A stretch of DNA of 63,613 nucleotides, the filler included. It is 5 parts of 5 records of this genome, joined end to end, with 100 filler letters (N's around TTAATTAATTAA, not from the genome) between each part and the next. Parts side by side here need not be neighbours in the genome. Positions count along the whole stretch, not along the records: positions 35,892 to 45,674 come from SRR31156797_1050; positions 45,775 to 58,186 come from SRR31156797_1051; 3 more parts are not named here. The stretch is one strand, 5' to 3'. The position numbers and the translations under genes were made by a program. This document shows positions 39,952-49,348 of this stretch, piece by piece. The notes beneath the pieces were generated by a model. It saw only the letters and a program-made list of their open reading frames with translations. It made no database searches and was not told the DNA's origin. The first letter of the stretch is position 1; each line of letters starts with the position of its first letter.

Positions 39952-40958
39952 TGCAACGAAAGAAGGCTTTAATACTAGTTAATACAGGAACTCCCGACAA
40001 ACCAACAGTTGGAAGTGTGCGCAAATATTTATTCCAATTTTTGAATGATAAGCGTGTAATCGATTTACCATGGTTAGGTAGATTTTTATTGGTTAACCTG
40101 ATTATTGTTCCATTTAGAGCGCCAAAATCCACAAAGTTATACAAAAGACTATGGACAAAGGATGGCTCTCCCCTACTCATTCATTTGAATGAACTGACTG
40201 AAAAAGTGCAAAATGCATTGGCCGAAACGCATGATGTTTATGGTGCTATGCGCTATGGCAAACCTTCTTTCAAAAAACTGCTGCACGAAATAAAAGATAA
40301 TAACTACGAAGAGATAAAAGTGCTTCCACTTTTTCCTCAATATGCCACTTCAACCACCGAATCAATTGCAGATATTTTGAACAAAGCGCAGCAGAAATAC
40401 AAGCTAGCTGAGAGTATTCAATTCATCCGACAGTTTTACGATAACCGATACTTTGTTAAATCATTTGTAGAAAATATTCAAAAATATGATCCTGAAAAAT
40501 ACGACCATATTGTATTTTCATTCCATGGTTTACCAAACAGACAAGTAAACAAACTACACCCTGGAATAAATGCAGAGACTTGCCCTTGTGTTGAGGCACT
40601 TCCGGTGCATGGAAAATATTGCTACAAAGCCACTTGCTACCATTCCGCTAGATTATTAGCTAATCAATTGAATTTGAAAGAAGAAGATTATACCATTTCA
40701 TTTCAATCCCGTTTGTCTAAAAACTGGTTAACACCATTTACAGATGAAACATTAACAAACCTAGCAAAGTCAGGTAAAAAGAATATTTTAATTATAGCTC
40801 CTTCCTTTGTGGCCGATTGTCTTGAAACTATTATTGAGTTAAAGTATGAATATGCAGAATTGTTTAAACAAAATGGTGGTAAAAACCTTACAATGGTAGA
40901 AAGTTTGAATTCATCTGATAATTGGGTTGAAACAATAAAAATATTGTCATTGAAGTAA
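39951..40958 (+). CDS. hemH: ferrochelatase
   Basis: LVNTGTP, FL.D.RVID, GSPL, MRYG.P, PLFPQY, FSFHGLP, FQSR, FVADCLET. Confidence 0.95.
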   Translation: MQRKKALILVNTGTPDKPTVGSVRKYLFQFLNDKRVIDLPWLGRFLLVNLIIVPFRAPKSTKLYKRLWTKDGSPLLIHLNELTEKVQNALAETHDVYGAMRYGKPSFKKLLHEIKDNNYEEIKVLPLFPQYATSTTESIADILNKAQQKYKLAESIQFIRQFYDNRYFVKSFVENIQKYDPEKYDHIVFSFHGLPNRQVNKLHPGINAETCPCVEALPVHGKYCYKATCYHSARLLANQLNLKEEDYTISFQSRLSKNWLTPFTDETLTNLAKSGKKNILIIAPSFVADCLETIIELKYEYAELFKQNGGKNLTMVESLNSSDNWVETIKILSLK

Positions 40959-40966
40959 TTAAAATG

Positions 40967-40974
40967 TAACTTTG
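40967..40974 (+). promoter_or_regulatory. Bacteroidota -7 promoter element
   Basis: TAACTTTG upstream of the 41086 ORF. Confidence 0.45.
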
Positions 40975-41085
40975 CAAAGATTTTAGGAATCATTAACATT
41001 TCAACTCTCTACAAATAAGTTAATTAAAATCAGTCTAAATTATTGCACAGTATTTGTATAAGTAACCTGAACCATACTAAATAAT

Positions 41086-43545
41086 ATGATATATACCAAA
41101 GATTTATCTAAAACTGCATTTATTGCGCCTGATAGCAAATACACTTTTGAAGATCTCTTAAGAGGTGTTTCTTACTATGCAGAACACACGAAAAATTGCA
41201 AAGCTGACAAAGTAGCCATTTTTGCAAAAAACAGCGTTCATTGGGTATTTTCTTTTTATGCCGGATGGCACACCAATCATACAATCGTGCCAATCGACTT
41301 TCTTTCTAGTAAAGAAGATATATTACACATTCTAAATGATTGTAAACCCGGTTTGGTATTTTACGATGAAACAACTGTCGATTTATTAAAAGAATCCGTT
41401 TCTGAAATAGAATTCGATATTGATATACAAGAACTTAGTAAAGACTCTCAATTTACAAATGAACCAGCCAAATGGGAAGACCCAAAAGATGAAGAAAAAA
41501 CCGCTGTGATTATATACACATCCGGTACAACAGGTTCACCCAAAGGTGTTGAATTATCATATACAAACCTTAAGGCCAATATTATCGCCGTTTCAGAAAC
41601 TGTACCCATTTATAAAGAAGATCAGCAAGTATTAATGCTACTTCCATTACACCATATCTTTCCGCTTGCTGGTTCTATGCTTATGCCCTTATACATTGGA
41701 GGAACAGTTGTAGAATCACCTTCAATGCAATCAGCAGATTTATTGCGTACATTCAATCAAAATCAAATTGGTTTAATGATTGGCGTACCCAAATTATATA
41801 AACTACTTTACCAGGGTATTAGTGATAAAATCAATAAAAGCTTTATAGGTAAGGTGCTATTTTCAATGGTTAAAACTTTTAAAGCAAGAGGGCTTGCAAG
41901 AAAAATTTTTAAACAAGTACATGTTAAGTTTGGTGGAAATCTCACCTACCTTATCAGTGGTGGTGCGAAACTGGAAGAAGATGTTGCCAAATTTTTCCAT
42001 GCATTAGGTTTTACCGTTTTGGAAGGATTTGGCATGACTGAATCTGCTCCAATGATTACCTTTACCCGCCCCGGAAGATTTAAAGCAGGATCAGCCGGAC
42101 AGGTCTTACCAGGAATGACAATGGCTATCAAGGAAGGAGAAATCATTGCCAAAGGTCCGAATGTAATGAAAGGTTATTATAAAAGACCTGAGGAGACAGC
42201 TGACGTAATTAAGGACGGTTGGTTACATACTGGTGATTTAGGAAAAATTGATAAAAAAGGAAACTTATTTATCACTGGTCGTAAAAAAGACATCATTATT
42301 TTGCCCAGTGGGAAGAATATAAACCCGGTATTACTTGAGCATAAGCTAGAAAAAGACCCTCATGTATCTGAGGCAGCACTATTTTTACATAAAAACTTCT
42401 TACACGCCCTGATTATTCCTGATTTAGAAAAACTTAGTGAGGATAGTGTAGAAAATATTGATTTGCATTTCAGAAAGCAAGTACTTCCAAAATTCAATAA
42501 AGAAGTTACCTCCTTTAAACGAATTATGAAATTTGCTTTAATCAAAGCAGAGTTACCAAGAACAAGGTTAGGGAAAATACAACGATTCAAACTTCCTGAA
42601 TTATTTGAACAACCAACAGATAGCATTATTGATATTAAAGGCCATGCTGAAAGTGAAGAATACATTGTAATCAAATCATTTATTGAGCAGCAGGTTGATA
42701 TGACGGTAAATCCAAATCATCATCTTGAATTTGATATAGCCATGGATTCGCTGGATAAGCTTACTCTAATGGAATTTATAGATCGTACATTCGGTGTCAA
42801 ATTCGATGAAGAAAAGCTTAGGAAGTTTCCTTCAGTTGGGAAAATGGCAGAATATATTAAGCATAACAAGCTATTCCAAAAAATTGAAATGCCCGATTGG
42901 TCAAGCATTATCAAAGAGAAGGTCAATATTAAATTACCAAAATCATGGTTTAGTCAGGTGCTTCTAATAAAAGGATTAAAGTATTTATTCTTGTTCTTAT
43001 TCAGGCTAAAAAGTAAAGGAAAAGAGAATATACCGGAAGGACCAGCTATTATTGCACCAAACCACCAAAGTTATTTGGACGCTTTATTTGCTACAGCATT
43101 TTTACAGAATAAAGAACTGCGCCAAACATTCTTTTACGCAAAAAGGAAGCATGTGAAATCCAAGTTCATGAGTTTCATGGCAGGTAAACACAATGTAATC
43201 GTGGTTGACTTAGCTGATGGATTGAAAGAATCCATTCAAAAATTAGCTACAGCATTAAAAGAAAATAAAAAAGTAGTAATATTCCCTGAAGGAACGCGTA
43301 CCAGCAATGGTAAAATTGGAGATTTTAAAAAGACATTTGCTATTTTGAGTAAAGAATTGGATGTACCAATCGTTCCAGTAGCAATTGATGGAGCCTATAG
43401 GGCCTTACCACGTGGGAAAAAAATCCCAAGACTTTTCACAAAAGTAGTAGTAACTTATATGCCTCCTGTATATCCGGGTGATCAAGGCTTTGAAGAATTA
43501 GCAGATAAAGTAAAAACACAAATTGAAGAGAAAGTATGTGCATAA
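41086..43545 (+). CDS. long-chain acyl-AMP ligase + carrier protein (ACP) + lysophospholipid acyltransferase fusion
   Basis: YTSGTTGSPKG, GFGMTE, GWLHTGD (AMP-binding); MDSL (PPant Ser); NHQSYLD and FPEGTR (PlsC). Confidence 0.9.
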   Translation: MIYTKDLSKTAFIAPDSKYTFEDLLRGVSYYAEHTKNCKADKVAIFAKNSVHWVFSFYAGWHTNHTIVPIDFLSSKEDILHILNDCKPGLVFYDETTVDLLKESVSEIEFDIDIQELSKDSQFTNEPAKWEDPKDEEKTAVIIYTSGTTGSPKGVELSYTNLKANIIAVSETVPIYKEDQQVLMLLPLHHIFPLAGSMLMPLYIGGTVVESPSMQSADLLRTFNQNQIGLMIGVPKLYKLLYQGISDKINKSFIGKVLFSMVKTFKARGLARKIFKQVHVKFGGNLTYLISGGAKLEEDVAKFFHALGFTVLEGFGMTESAPMITFTRPGRFKAGSAGQVLPGMTMAIKEGEIIAKGPNVMKGYYKRPEETADVIKDGWLHTGDLGKIDKKGNLFITGRKKDIIILPSGKNINPVLLEHKLEKDPHVSEAALFLHKNFLHALIIPDLEKLSEDSVENIDLHFRKQVLPKFNKEVTSFKRIMKFALIKAELPRTRLGKIQRFKLPELFEQPTDSIIDIKGHAESEEYIVIKSFIEQQVDMTVNPNHHLEFDIAMDSLDKLTLMEFIDRTFGVKFDEEKLRKFPSVGKMAEYIKHNKLFQKIEMPDWSSIIKEKVNIKLPKSWFSQVLLIKGLKYLFLFLFRLKSKGKENIPEGPAIIAPNHQSYLDALFATAFLQNKELRQTFFYAKRKHVKSKFMSFMAGKHNVIVVDLADGLKESIQKLATALKENKKVVIFPEGTRTSNGKIGDFKKTFAILSKELDVPIVPVAIDGAYRALPRGKKIPRLFTKVVVTYMPPVYPGDQGFEELADKVKTQIEEKVCA

Positions 43546-43565
43546 AATGAACTCGCATAAATCAA

Positions 43566-43598
43566 AAAGCCTGTTTTCATTTGAAAGCAGGCTTTTTT
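43566..43598 (+). terminator. intrinsic terminator
   Basis: AAAGCCTGTTTTCA-tt-TGAAAGCAGGCTTT followed by a T-run. Confidence 0.8.
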
Positions 43599-43627
43599 AT
43601 TCCCAATCTTTATTTCTTCTTTGATCC

Positions 43628-43830
43628 CCAACTAGCGTCCGCTTGTGCTTTTTTATTTAATATGCTAGAACTAATTAGGCACAAGGCACAAGTGAACGCT
43701 CAGTTGAAGAGAATTGACTTTCGCTACTATTTAATATTTCTCGCCACGACGCAGCGATAAAAAAAACGCCACGAGCGCAACGTGTTATTGCGTTGCGAAC
43801 GTTGTGCCTTCGTGGCGACCGCTGCGTGAA
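43628..43830. repeat. cluster of REP-like palindromic repeats
   Basis: AGCGTCCGCTTGTGC / GCACAAGTGAACGCT inverted pair; GCCACG..CGCAACG / CGTTGCG..CGTGGC nested inverted repeats similar to 54743-54832. Confidence 0.65.
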
Positions 43831-44025
43831 ATATAATTTCCAAACGTCATATATTAGTATTACCTCCTGTGCGAAGCTTAAAAAGTCACATCATTTTCAA
43901 ATACTTTTTGGACATTATCTGCCTAAAATCGAACACTTTTATGCCAATCTCAAATTTTTGATCTGATTCATATATCTTTAATGTTCAAAATGACTCTAAG
44001 TCTTACAATTATTAAATATTCAGCA

Positions 44026-45618
44026 ATGAAAAAGTTCACCATTTTATTCTTAATCGTTTTATTATCAACATTTAATCTCGCTTTCTCACAGCAAGATCCG
44101 GTTGTTCAAAAAATTATTGAAATTGGCAAAACCGATAACCAATCCATGCAACATCTGGACATTTTAACCAATCGATTTGGTGGCCGCCCTATTGGTTCTG
44201 ATGCTTATGAAAATGCTGCAGAATGGGCTGCTTATAAATTTAAGCAATGGGGAATGGAAGTTGAAATGGATGAAGTGGGCGAACTACCTGTTGGATTTAA
44301 TCGTGGTCCGTGGTTTGGTAAACTTTTGGGAGAAAATGCAATGGACTTGCATTTCGCAACTCCGTCTTACACATCGGGAACAAAAGGCGTGCAAAGAGGA
44401 CATGTACTCATAGAACCTAAAACGCAAGCCCAATTCGATGGTATGAAAGGCAAACTGAAAGGTGCGTGGGTATTGGTAACAGGGCATAATAATGGATTCC
44501 CTATTGATTGGTCTGCAAAAGGTGATAGCATTCGTGCTGAAGCAATTAAAGAGAATACAGAAATCGAAAAAGAGAATTGGGCTATTCGTCGTGAAAATTG
44601 GAAAAATCGAAAAACAAACATAAAACCCAAAGAACTACTTCCCTATACAGACGAACCTGCCGTATTCTATAAAGATATGGTTGAAGCAGGCGTGCTTGGA
44701 TTCATCCAATCATCAAAAGTGCCCATTACAGCTTTGTACGATAGAAAAAACATCAATGACTTAACTTTTGAGACCTTACCAACTGTGCCTGACATTAAAC
44801 TGGACGAGCATCAATACAAGATCATTGAGCAGATGGCTAAGGAAAGAAGATATTTCCAATTGGAGTTTGATATCAGAAACCATTTTAAAATGGGTCCGGT
44901 AAAATATCACAATGTCATTGGTATTATTCGTGGAACTGAATTCCCTGATGAATATGTAATTATGGGCGGACATTTGGATGCTTATGATGTAGCCACAGGT
45001 GGAGTTGACGATGGTTCAGGTGTAACCCCAATTATGGAGGCAGCTCGTTTGATAATGAAAGCTGGTGGAAAACCTAAACGCACCATACTGGTTTGTTTAT
45101 GGGCAGGCGAAGAGTTTGGTTTACTAGGGTCGACACATTGGGTAGAAGAAAATGCCGATAAACTGGATAAAATCTCAAACATGTTCAACCGCGATAGTGG
45201 ACCGGAAGCTCCCGTAGGAATTAGTGTAACTGAAGCCATGCGCGCTGATATGGAAAAAATATGCGAACCAATAAACGATATTAACCCTGATTTCCCATTT
45301 GAAATCAAAGAACGAAAACCCAGACAAGTACCCAAAGAACCATGGGGTACAGACAGTGGACCATTCGCAGTGAAAGCAGTTCCTACCATGTCATTTTCAT
45401 TGGAAGATGTAAAAGGATATGATTTCAGCTACATGGAAATTTGGCATACCGAAAGAGACACGTACGACAAAAGCATACCTGAATATCAGGAACATGCAGC
45501 TATTGTAAACGCAGTGGTTGTCTACGGAATCGCCAATCTGGATCATTTACTTGACCGTGAAGGATATTATATCACCGAAGAACAGAAACAAAAAGAGAAA
45601 AAAAAGAAAAAGAAATAG
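44026..45618 (+). CDS. M28 family metallopeptidase (carboxypeptidase Q-like), secreted
   Basis: Signal peptide; GGHLD, DDGSG, GEEFGL, WHTERD zinc-ligand motifs. Confidence 0.9.
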   Translation: MKKFTILFLIVLLSTFNLAFSQQDPVVQKIIEIGKTDNQSMQHLDILTNRFGGRPIGSDAYENAAEWAAYKFKQWGMEVEMDEVGELPVGFNRGPWFGKLLGENAMDLHFATPSYTSGTKGVQRGHVLIEPKTQAQFDGMKGKLKGAWVLVTGHNNGFPIDWSAKGDSIRAEAIKENTEIEKENWAIRRENWKNRKTNIKPKELLPYTDEPAVFYKDMVEAGVLGFIQSSKVPITALYDRKNINDLTFETLPTVPDIKLDEHQYKIIEQMAKERRYFQLEFDIRNHFKMGPVKYHNVIGIIRGTEFPDEYVIMGGHLDAYDVATGGVDDGSGVTPIMEAARLIMKAGGKPKRTILVCLWAGEEFGLLGSTHWVEENADKLDKISNMFNRDSGPEAPVGISVTEAMRADMEKICEPINDINPDFPFEIKERKPRQVPKEPWGTDSGPFAVKAVPTMSFSLEDVKGYDFSYMEIWHTERDTYDKSIPEYQEHAAIVNAVVVYGIANLDHLLDREGYYITEEQKQKEKKKKKK

Positions 45619-45649
45619 GTTTCAAGTTTCAGGTTTCAAGTTTAACGTT
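45619..45649 (+). repeat. GTTTCA(A/G) heptamer tandem array
   Basis: GTTTCAA GTTTCAG GTTTCAA GTTTAAC immediately after the TAG stop. Confidence 0.85.
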
Positions 45650-45674
45650 TGACGTTTCATGAATATGGTTGACG
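45650..45674 (+). mobile_element. second copy of the IS-like terminus
   Basis: Identical to 35767-35791; the contig breaks at the same base. Confidence 0.6.
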
Positions 45675-45774
45675 NNNNNNNNNNNNNNNNNNNNNNNNNN
45701 NNNNNNNNNNNNNNNNNNTTAATTAATTAANNNNNNNNNNNNNNNNNNNNNNNNNNNNNNNNNNNNNNNNNNNN
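45675..45774. other. artificial contig linker
   Basis: N run + TTAATTAATTAA. Confidence 0.98.
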
Positions 45775-45802
45775 TAGCGTCAACCATATTCATGAAACGT
45801 CA
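45775..45802 (-). mobile_element. third copy of the IS-like terminus (reverse orientation)
   Basis: TAGCGTCAACCATATTCATGAAACGTCA is the reverse complement of the other two copies plus 3 nt; followed by CTGAAAC/TTGAAAC heptamers to 45833. Confidence 0.6.
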
Positions 45803-45867
45803 AAGTAATAACCTGAAACCTGAAACTTGAAACAAACCGCCAGTTTAGGTCAGAAGAAAGATAAAGT

Positions 45868-46665
45868 TTACAACCCCAGTGCTAAAGCAACGATCTCCGC
45901 CACATCATAATTTTTAATCTCTTCTTCCTTATTGTGGGCTTTAAGACCGTCAGTGATCATAGTCATACAGAATGGGCAGGCTGTAGCAACTACTTTTGCT
46001 CCGGTTGCCAAGGCTTGCTCAGTGCGCATATCATAAACCTCACGATCGCCATGCTCGGCTTCTTTAAACATTTGTGCTCCTCCGGCACCACAACATAGTG
46101 CTTTACTTCTATTTGGATTAATTTCCATTGGTTGCGAAGCGACTTTAGAGATGACATTTCGTGGGGCTTCGTATTCGTCATTTATTCTACCCAAATAGCA
46201 AGGGTCGTGGAAAGTAATGGATGAGTTTTCTAATATTTTTTTATCTACTTTTCCCGGATTTTCATCTAGTAGTTTAATTAAAAATTGCGTATGGTGCACC
46301 ACATCATAGTGTCCACCCAAATCAGGATACTCATTTTTGAATGTGTTATAGCAATGTGGGCAAATTGTGATGATTTTCTTTACCTCATAACTGTTCATGG
46401 TTTCAATAACCTGCATGGCCTGCATTTGGAAGAGCATTTCGTTGCCAGCTCTTCGTGCTGGATCGCCTGTGCATGTCTCTTCAGTTCCTAAAACAGCAAA
46501 ATCTACATTAAAGTGTAAAAGGATTTTTGCAAATGCACGGCTCACTTTTTTGTAGCGATCGTCATACGCTCCGGCACATCCAATCCATAGCAAGTATTCT
46601 GGTTTTTCTCCTTTGGCTGCCAAATCAGCCATTACAGGTATATTTAATTTTGTTGTATCAGTCAT
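45868..46665 (-). CDS. CCG-domain Fe-S oxidoreductase subunit (FadF/HdrB-like C-terminal part)
   Basis: WIGCAG, ETCTGDPARRAGNE, CPHC, HDPCYLGR, CCGAGG, ACPFC. Confidence 0.88.
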   Translation of the reverse strand: MTDTTKLNIPVMADLAAKGEKPEYLLWIGCAGAYDDRYKKVSRAFAKILLHFNVDFAVLGTEETCTGDPARRAGNEMLFQMQAMQVIETMNSYEVKKIITICPHCYNTFKNEYPDLGGHYDVVHHTQFLIKLLDENPGKVDKKILENSSITFHDPCYLGRINDEYEAPRNVISKVASQPMEINPNRSKALCCGAGGAQMFKEAEHGDREVYDMRTEQALATGAKVVATACPFCMTMITDGLKAHNKEEEIKNYDVAEIVALALGL

Positions 46666-46735
46666 TGTTTTGATTTATTAACGGTTAAAGACCTTCAGAG
46701 GTATTTCTTTTTGTGTATATCGCTTAGTAACTTTT

Positions 46736-46804
46736 AGAATACAGAATACAGAAGTCAGATTTTAAATGAATCGCTGATCTGTCATCTGTTATCTGTCATC
46801 TGTT
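46736..46804. repeat. inverted pair of heptamer arrays
   Basis: AGAATAC AGAATAC AGAAGTC ... ATCTGTC ATCTGTT ATCTGTC ATCTGTT. Confidence 0.75.
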
Positions 46805-46876
46805 TTCTTTTAAATATTATTTTTTATCTTCATTTATCTTGCTTGTTAGTTGAATTCCAGTAAATTAAAACCTTGC

Positions 46877-48169
46877 TTACTCCGCCCATTTCATTCTGTC
46901 CTCTGGCGAGTATTGCCATGGCGCACCATTGTTTTCAATGTTTGTTAGCATCATTGAAATTTCGCCTGGTGCTTTGGCTTGCTCCAATACCAAATATCGA
47001 CGCATTTCGAGTATCAATTCAGGTTGATTTATATTAATTGGGCATTCAATTACACACGCATTGCATGTAGTGCAGGCCCAAAGTTCTTCTTCTGTAATAT
47101 AATCATTGATAAGCATTTTGCCATCGGTGGCATCCTTTCCCTCTTTGATTAATTGATAACCGCGCTCTTTCATTCGTGCCCGTGTATCTACCATAATTTT
47201 ACGGGGCGATAATTTTTTGCCGGTTTGATTGGCTGGACAAACAGAGGTGCAGCGTCCGCATTGCGTGCACGATAAGCTATCCAGGTAGTTTTTCCATGTG
47301 ATATGCTCTGCATCGCTTACGCCAAAACTTGCAAGTTCCTCTGGTGGCGGTACTGTTGCTGCATCGGGATTCATCATGGCTTCCACTTCTGCTTTGACAT
47401 CCTGCATTGTATTCATTTTTCCAATAGGAGTTAATCTACTTGTATACACATTGGGTAATGATGTAAATACATGAAAGTGTTTGGAGTATGGTAAAATATT
47501 GGCAAACAAGAAGATTAAAATGATATGTGCCCACCAATTTATTTCATGGATTAAATATAGTTGTGAATAGGACATTCCTTCAGGAAATAATCCATATAAA
47601 AAGGCACTTACGGGATAAATTCCTTCGATATTCGATTCAGAAACAGCCAAACCATAGTAACCTAAATTCATTCCTAAAAGTGATACCATTAAAAGGAAAA
47701 TCATAGTAAGAGCTAAAATCGCATCCTGCTTCGATTTCTTTTTGATTTCAACTCCTTTGAATCGTTTAATATTCAAAAATATGCGCCGGAGTAAAAAAAT
47801 CACAATGGCAATTAATACAATAGCACCAAAAACATCACCAGAACCTATAATGATGTCGTATACCGGACCGAGTAAACCCATTGCCCGATGCGTGCCAAGT
47901 AAACCATCTATGACCATTTCAATGCTTCCAATTGTGATAACTACAAAGCCCCAGAATACTAATGCATGGAGGAGCCCAGTAAATGGCCAGCGAAAAATCT
48001 TGCTCTGACCAAAGGCTACAACAAATAATTTGTTAAGTCTTTTGCCTGTGTCAGCAATTTTAAAAGCCGGACGCGTTAATTTAAATAATAGATAAATGCG
48101 GTAGAAACTATAGGATAAGATTCCAAGTGTGATTAAAAGTACCGTTGCAAAAATGATTTGTTTGATCAT
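46877..48169 (-). CDS. membrane Fe-S oxidoreductase subunit (FadF-like N-terminal part, 4Fe-4S dicluster)
   Basis: TM helices with HALVFWGF, WWAH, SKHFH; CTQCGRC...CP and CTTCNAC...CP. Confidence 0.88.
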   Translation of the reverse strand: MIKQIIFATVLLITLGILSYSFYRIYLLFKLTRPAFKIADTGKRLNKLFVVAFGQSKIFRWPFTGLLHALVFWGFVVITIGSIEMVIDGLLGTHRAMGLLGPVYDIIIGSGDVFGAIVLIAIVIFLLRRIFLNIKRFKGVEIKKKSKQDAILALTMIFLLMVSLLGMNLGYYGLAVSESNIEGIYPVSAFLYGLFPEGMSYSQLYLIHEINWWAHIILIFLFANILPYSKHFHVFTSLPNVYTSRLTPIGKMNTMQDVKAEVEAMMNPDAATVPPPEELASFGVSDAEHITWKNYLDSLSCTQCGRCTSVCPANQTGKKLSPRKIMVDTRARMKERGYQLIKEGKDATDGKMLINDYITEEELWACTTCNACVIECPININQPELILEMRRYLVLEQAKAPGEISMMLTNIENNGAPWQYSPEDRMKWAE

Positions 48170-48448
48170 GGTTATTAATATATGCAGATTTATACGAACT
48201 TACATATTTTTATTGAAAACTTGAATCGAAAAAGTGAAAAAAGCGCATGCAAAAGGTCTAATTCAGACTCATTCTGATTAAATTTTAAACCATTAAACCA
48301 TTAAAAAATTACGATAATTAAGTATTTCATTAAGAGGATGTTACTTAGATTAAAAGAACATGTAAATAACTCCTCCTTTATTGCAATCACCTTTAATATA
48401 TACCGTTCCTGGCGCAAGTATTTGACTTCTGCGTGCACACACTTTATA

Positions 48449-48530
48449 ACTCAATCCACCCAATCAACTTAATCCACCCAATTAACTCAATTACTTAATC
48501 AACACAATCACCCAATCAACTTAATCACCA
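48449..48530. repeat. degenerate 8-9-nt tandem repeat (AATCAACTC/AATCCACCC-like)
   Basis: aactcaatccacccaatcaacttaatccacccaattaactcaattacttaatcaacacaatcacccaatcaacttaatcacc. Confidence 0.7.
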
Positions 48531-48570
48531 AAAATTCAAACAAATCCTTACCTTCGCAAAAACAAATTTT

Positions 48571-49263
48571 ATGGACAAACCTGAAATTATATACAGAGAC
48601 GAATATCTAGTTGCTATTAATAAACCGGTCGACCTGCCTGTTCATAAGAATAGTCACATGGCAAATGATGCAAATTATTTGACAAAATGGGCTGGTCAGT
48701 ATTTTGATTGTTCTGTATATAATGTGCATCGACTCGACGCAAAAACCTCAGGTGTTGTTTTAATGGCTTTCTCCTCTGAAATTGCCGGAAAACTTACTCA
48801 ACAATTTGAGAGAGGACTGGTAAATAAAAAGTATGTGGCTTTAGTTCGTGAATTTCCCGGTGAAAAAGGATTGTTGGATAAACCGGTTATGAATAAGCGA
48901 AAGGGCAAACTTGTACCTGCCAAAACTGTTTTTAATACGGTTCGTACTATTCAAACAGATATTACTTATAAAACATTTGAGAGTATTAAACTCAGTTTGG
49001 TTGAACTACGGCCGCATACGGGAAAATGGCATCAGTTACGTCAACATATGGCATTAGAGCGAAATGATATTGTAGGAGACAATCATCATGGCGATCGAAC
49101 TATGAATCATATCATTGAGGTGCGTACTGGTATTAAACGTTTGATGCTACATGCACAGTCTTTAGTTTTCAATCATCCCATCACTGAGCAAGATGTGTTG
49201 TTAGAAACAGAGCTTCCAAATGATTTTAAATTAATGTTCGAATTACTCCAAATTGGGCAATAA
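48571..49263 (+). CDS. RluA-family pseudouridine synthase (TruC-like)
   Basis: INKP, VHRLDAKTSG catalytic Asp motif, TGKWHQLRQH, IVGD, LMLHA. Confidence 0.88.
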   Translation: MDKPEIIYRDEYLVAINKPVDLPVHKNSHMANDANYLTKWAGQYFDCSVYNVHRLDAKTSGVVLMAFSSEIAGKLTQQFERGLVNKKYVALVREFPGEKGLLDKPVMNKRKGKLVPAKTVFNTVRTIQTDITYKTFESIKLSLVELRPHTGKWHQLRQHMALERNDIVGDNHHGDRTMNHIIEVRTGIKRLMLHAQSLVFNHPITEQDVLLETELPNDFKLMFELLQIGQ

Positions 49264-49348
49264 TACCCTTTGAATTGGCCTCCTTATTACGTATTTTAGA
49301 GAAAAGAAAAATTTTTTTAATACTCAAAAATTGAAAGAGAGGCTAATC

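Noticed and set aside
45650-45802. Treating the two facing IS-like ends as the two ends of one insertion
   Set aside because: They are separated by an artificial linker and the flanks (CGTT vs AAGT) show no direct target duplication, so adjacency cannot be assumed
48449-48530. Short-period repeats and REP clusters considered as a possible CRISPR array
   Set aside because: Units are 7-9 nt or irregular, there are no unique spacers of constant length, and there are no cas genes in the window
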